Source: an uncultured Candidatus Saccharibacteria bacterium (GTDB lineage Bacteria > Patescibacteriota > Minisyncoccia > Phycocordibacterales > UBA9973). From it: a stretch of 64,000 bases of DNA. The notes beneath the pieces are model-generated. The model was given only the letters and a program-made list of their open reading frames with translations, was not told the DNA's origin and did not search any database. Where the stretch lies: assembly GCA_964432275.1 (NCBI GenBank), contig CAYSMH010000003.1, forward strand, positions 6,718 to 70,717. Direction: 5' to 3'. Positions 59,985 to 64,000 of the stretch are shown piece after piece. Made by a program: the position numbers and the translations under genes. Within the stretch, counting starts at the first letter, position 1. Each line of letters starts with the position of its first letter.

Positions 59985-61304
59985 ATGCCAACCAAGAAAA
60001 AAAACGTAAAAAAATCCGTTAAAAAATCTAATAGTTCTAAAAAACCGACTTCAAAAAGTCGTCCTACAGCTAAAAAGCCAGCCAAGAAATCTACGCCCAA
60101 AAAAGCAAAGAAATCAGCGTCACCAAAAGTAAAGAAAGTAGTAAAAAAAGTTGCCGCAAAGCCCAAGCATAAGCCGCGACCAATCACTATCCGACACGAA
60201 GGACAGGGTACTCGTCGTGAAGTAAATATTGAAAAAAAACTTCGAGAACTTGAAGCAAAAGCAGATGAGCTTATTGCCAAGGGTAAGAAGCGTGGGTTTA
60301 TTACCTATGATGAGATTTTGAAAATGTTTCCTGATATTGAGAACAATATTATGTTTCTCGATGAGCTCTATGAGAAGTTTGGTACCGCAGGTATCGACGT
60401 ACTCGAGGGAGGCAACTTGCTCGATATAGACAACCATGAAGATCTCAGTAAGTATGTTAAAGAAAGTCACAGCTTTTCTTCGGTGCAAATGTACCTCAAA
60501 GACATTGGGCAGTACCCATTGATCGCTGCAGCACAAGAACGTGAGCTTGCGAAACGTATTGAAGCAGGAGATGAAGAAGCGAAAAACTTGCTCGCTCGTT
60601 CCAACCTTCGCCTTGTAGTTTCTATTGCAAAGAAGTATGCAAACAGAACTGCAGATCTCACGCTTCTTGACTTGATCCAAGAAGGAAACATTGGACTCTT
60701 TAAGGCGGTAGAAAAGTTTGACTATACCAAAGGTTTCAAGTTTTCAACCTATGCAACGTGGTGGATTCGTCAATCGATCACTCGAGCACTTGCAGATCAG
60801 TCTCGCACGATCCGTATCCCTGTGCACATGGTAGAAACGATTAGTAAGTACAAACAGGTGCTTCGTCGTCTTGCTCAAGACCTCGGCCGTGATCCTATGC
60901 CCGAAGAAGTCGCAAATGAAATGGGTATTGAAGTTGAAAAGGTGCATGTGATCGAACAGATCAATCAAGAGACTCGCTCACTCGAGCAACCGATCGGGGA
61001 TGACGAAGACAAGTCTACCTTTGGAGAGTTTATCCCTGATGACAAGATCTTGCGTCCTGACCAAGAAGCATCTCGTCGCATGCTTACTGATGCGATTCGT
61101 GGTGTCCTCGAAGAAATCTCTCCCAAAGAGAAACGAATTCTCGAAATGCGCTACGGACTCATCGATGGTGTGCAGCACACACTGGAGGAAGTAGGGAAGG
61201 AGTTTGGTGTTACTCGTGAACGTATTCGACAAATCGAAGCCAAGGTCCACGAAAAGCTCCGCCAAAACGACCGTATCCAACGACTACGCAACTATTTCGA
61301 CTAG
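59985..61304 (+). CDS. rpoD: Primary sigma factor RpoD (Lys-rich N-terminus)
   Basis: [32 protein letters not shown]. Confidence 0.95.
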   Translation: MPTKKKNVKKSVKKSNSSKKPTSKSRPTAKKPAKKSTPKKAKKSASPKVKKVVKKVAAKPKHKPRPITIRHEGQGTRREVNIEKKLRELEAKADELIAKGKKRGFITYDEILKMFPDIENNIMFLDELYEKFGTAGIDVLEGGNLLDIDNHEDLSKYVKESHSFSSVQMYLKDIGQYPLIAAAQERELAKRIEAGDEEAKNLLARSNLRLVVSIAKKYANRTADLTLLDLIQEGNIGLFKAVEKFDYTKGFKFSTYATWWIRQSITRALADQSRTIRIPVHMVETISKYKQVLRRLAQDLGRDPMPEEVANEMGIEVEKVHVIEQINQETRSLEQPIGDDEDKSTFGEFIPDDKILRPDQEASRRMLTDAIRGVLEEISPKEKRILEMRYGLIDGVQHTLEEVGKEFGVTRERIRQIEAKVHEKLRQNDRIQRLRNYFD

Positions 61305-61400
61305 ATAACTACTACAGAAATCCATAAAAAGCCTTTAGAAATAAGGGCTTTTTATATTGACTTTATATGAATAGATTATATAATATGTAAAAATTATTAT

Positions 61401-61709
61401 ATGGATCATTTAGATGATTTCCAGGTTAAAAAAAGAAATACTGCATTGAATGTGTACAATCTAATATTGAGAATTGTTTCAGTAGTATTAATTAGTGGGC
61501 CACAATTAGAATATGAATTCTTACGAGTTACATTTTATTATGTACAATTAGGTATGTGGTGCCTATTGGGTGGATTACTACTATCGATTATTTGCTCAAT
61601 TATTACTATAAAACATACCAAGCACTCAGGAAATAAATTTTTCCACTACTTGATGATTGCTTGCTCCGCTATTCTATTTGTAATGTTTTTCTGCAGATAT
61701 TTCATTTAA
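61401..61709 (+). CDS. Hypothetical membrane protein (AT-rich)
   Basis: 3 TM; own promoter and terminator. Confidence 0.45.
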   Translation: MDHLDDFQVKKRNTALNVYNLILRIVSVVLISGPQLEYEFLRVTFYYVQLGMWCLLGGLLLSIICSIITIKHTKHSGNKFFHYLMIACSAILFVMFFCRYFI

Positions 61710-61762
61710 AGTAAAAGCCCCGTCATGGACGGGGCTTTTTTATTTCCAATTTTTAGGAATTA

Positions 61763-62518
61763 TTATTTCAATAACGCATCTATCTTTGTCTTTACATCAG
61801 CGATCGGATATGCGCCAGGGACGGTGTCGTATTTGCCAGTCTTGAGGTTTACGATGATGGAGAACGGAGTACCTTGTGCACCGATAGATTGCGCTTCTGC
61901 GGTTTCTCGAGCTACACGATCAGATGCCGCAGTACCTGCCATACATGCCGCAAAGAGCTTCTCGTCTACACCTACTGCCTTGGCGTATGAGGTGAGGGCT
62001 GCGGTACTTGCACTGCCTGGGTCGAGTGTGACCCCGATGATTTTGTCGAGGTATGCGTTGAACGCATCATTACCACCCAGAGAACCTACACATTCTGCTG
62101 CAACTGCTTCAGCAGCGGCGTTGGGGTGTAGAGAAGTCAGTGGGAAGTGGCGATATACCCATACTACTGAGCCTTTGTAGTCAGTGACTATTTGTTGCAT
62201 CGTCGTGTGGAACCGTGAGCAGAATGGGCAGTCTGAATCTGAGTATTCGATTACCGCGATTTGTGCGGTTTCAAGAGAGCCTCGTATACGATCATCGCTT
62301 TTTATAGAGAGTACTTCTTTGTTAATACTTTTGGGTGCAGATGGAGCATTAGCTCCAGCAGGTTGTGTGGTGCCACTATTACTTGGTCCAAATACGACAA
62401 TCAGCGCTACTGCGATAATCGCTGCTGCGGTAATGATTGCAGCGGGTAGACTGAGTGCGGTTTTTTTGTGTTCAGGTACTTGTTCAGGGGTTGGTTGATT
62501 TGTTGTTTCTGTTTGCAT
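61763..62518 (-). CDS. DsbA-family thioredoxin-fold protein
   Basis: CPFC, RHFPL, GTP; N-terminal TM. Confidence 0.88.
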   Translation of the reverse strand: MQTETTNQPTPEQVPEHKKTALSLPAAIITAAAIIAVALIVVFGPSNSGTTQPAGANAPSAPKSINKEVLSIKSDDRIRGSLETAQIAVIEYSDSDCPFCSRFHTTMQQIVTDYKGSVVWVYRHFPLTSLHPNAAAEAVAAECVGSLGGNDAFNAYLDKIIGVTLDPGSASTAALTSYAKAVGVDEKLFAACMAGTAASDRVARETAEAQSIGAQGTPFSIIVNLKTGKYDTVPGAYPIADVKTKIDALLK

Positions 62519-62583
62519 GCTAGTAGTATAGCGCATAGATACGCCATTTGAAAAAAGGGGGTAAAAATGGTAGTATGGTACCC

Positions 62584-63822
62584 ATGAACATCGCTGAAGT
62601 GGCGACCTACGCCATCACCTTTTTGGCTCTCTACGTCCAGATCTTCCTTTTTGTGACCTATCTCGAACGAAGAAAAACACTAGCCAAAGAAACTACACAG
62701 ACTATATCCCTCGATCATTTCCCTAGTATTGCGATTGTTGTGCCGTGCTGGAACGAGGGTACAACAGTCCATGGCACGATAGAGTCATTACTTGCGCTCG
62801 ACTACCCCAAAGACAAGCTTCAAGTGATTGCAGTGGATGACGGTTCTACAGATACTACATGGCAAGAAATACTCAAATACAAAGATCATCCACAAGTGCA
62901 AATACTTCAGAAAGAAAATGGAGGCAAGCACACTGCAGTCAACTACGGTATTGATCATACAAGCACGGACTTCGTTAGCTGTCTCGATGCAGATTCATTT
63001 GTTGCTCCAGATGCACTCAAGCGCATCATGTATATGTTTCAAACACAACCTGACTGCATGGCAGTTGCTCCTTCTATCATTATTTTTAAACCAAAAACAT
63101 TTATCCAGAAGGTACAAAAGGTTGAATACAACATGGGTATCTATGTGAAAAAGATGCTCGCATATCTTGGGGCGATTCACGTCACCCCTGGACCTTTTTC
63201 GGTGTTTCGTCGAGAGGTTTTTGATAAGCTGGGTGGGTTCCGCAAGGCGCACAACACTGAAGATATGGAGATAGCATATCGCATGCAAGAAGCACGTATG
63301 CGAATCGGGCACTGTCATACTGCACATATTTTCACCGTAGCGCCTTCGACTATTCCTAAGCTGTTCAAGCAACGCGTACGCTGGATTTATGGATTTATTC
63401 AAAACACCATAGACTATCGCCGACTTATTTTTAGGAAATCATATGGGAACTTTTCATTTTTTACCTTACCTTCAGGTATTGTCTCTATTACTGCGACGGT
63501 GTATATATTTTTCACGATTCTCTACAATGCACTTGTCTGGATAGTAGAAAAGATAGCGCAGTGGCGTACTGTGGGGCTTCAGGGTAATCTTGGGATTAAT
63601 CTCAATTGGTTTTATATCAATACACAAACCATATTATTTATTACCGTTGTACTGTATGTGATTATTGCATTTGTTACTTATATCGGTAGCCGTATGGCAC
63701 ACGAGCGACTCAACCCGTTTTATCTCTTATGGTATATACTGACCTACAGTGTGATCGCACCGTTTTGGCTTATGAAAGCGGTCTGGAGCTCGCTCACTCG
63801 ACACAAGCCAAGTTGGCGATAA
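62584..63822 (+). CDS. GT2 processive glycosyltransferase (PgaC/IcaA-like)
   Basis: DDGS, DAD, TED, QRVRW. Confidence 0.88.
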   Translation: MNIAEVATYAITFLALYVQIFLFVTYLERRKTLAKETTQTISLDHFPSIAIVVPCWNEGTTVHGTIESLLALDYPKDKLQVIAVDDGSTDTTWQEILKYKDHPQVQILQKENGGKHTAVNYGIDHTSTDFVSCLDADSFVAPDALKRIMYMFQTQPDCMAVAPSIIIFKPKTFIQKVQKVEYNMGIYVKKMLAYLGAIHVTPGPFSVFRREVFDKLGGFRKAHNTEDMEIAYRMQEARMRIGHCHTAHIFTVAPSTIPKLFKQRVRWIYGFIQNTIDYRRLIFRKSYGNFSFFTLPSGIVSITATVYIFFTILYNALVWIVEKIAQWRTVGLQGNLGINLNWFYINTQTILFITVVLYVIIAFVTYIGSRMAHERLNPFYLLWYILTYSVIAPFWLMKAVWSSLTRHKPSWR

Positions 63823-63829
63823 TACCTCT

Positions 63830-64000
63830 ATGAGAAAACATATTCCTAAATACATTCTTGTTTTTTTGGTGACACTCGCAGTGTTTGCAAGTGCGTGGGT
63901 GCTTAGTACACAGATCAATGAACGCAAATTTGCTAACCTTAAAGCTGAGCAAAACCAAGTGTCTATTGATATTTTGTCATCTGAAACAGAGTTTGATTTG
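63830..64000 (+). CDS. Hypothetical membrane-anchored protein (3' partial)
   Basis: MRKHIPKYILVFLVT..; open to window end. Confidence 0.6.
   Translation, partial: MRKHIPKYILVFLVTLAVFASAWVLSTQINERKFANLKAEQNQVSIDILSSETEFDL

Noticed and set aside
1-64000. CRISPR array, cas genes, rRNA, reverse transcriptase, phage structural genes
   Set aside because: No regularly spaced repeats, no rRNA-like tract, and no ORF with RT, Cas, capsid or terminase motifs was recognised.

Overview
This is chromosomal DNA of a small-genome bacterium. Gene content and protein families point to Patescibacteria/CPR (Parcubacteria-like), with standard code 11. The housekeeping backbone is gatA, DEAD-box helicase, typA, prfB-ftsE-ftsX, mutY, rnj, secG, rnr, rpsP-khpA-trmD and rpoB-rpoC-dnaG-rpoD, plus 5 tRNAs. 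Highlights: (1) An ~8.45-kb integrative element (~1934-10392) sits in the 3' end of tRNA-Asp. Its attP lies inside its own large serine recombinase gene, so integration swaps the enzyme's C-terminus and replaces the tRNA acceptor end. Its cargo includes a cyclodipeptide-synthase-like gene, a DGR-target-like gene and a tyrosine recombinase. (2) A stand-alone PurZ0-like adenylosuccinate synthetase homologue lies next to tRNA-Thr. (3) An ~11.8-kb copper/nirK island next to tRNA-Gln carries a second serine recombinase and a diversity-generating retroelement. The VR/TR pair has 14 of 15 mismatches at TR adenines, avd is antisense and truncated, and there is no RT in the window. (4) The NirK has Gln in place of the axial type-1 Cu Met. 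(5) Many promoters have a leaderless-type layout, and several accessory genes have boxA-like leaders. Family assignments come from motif recognition by eye, not database searches.
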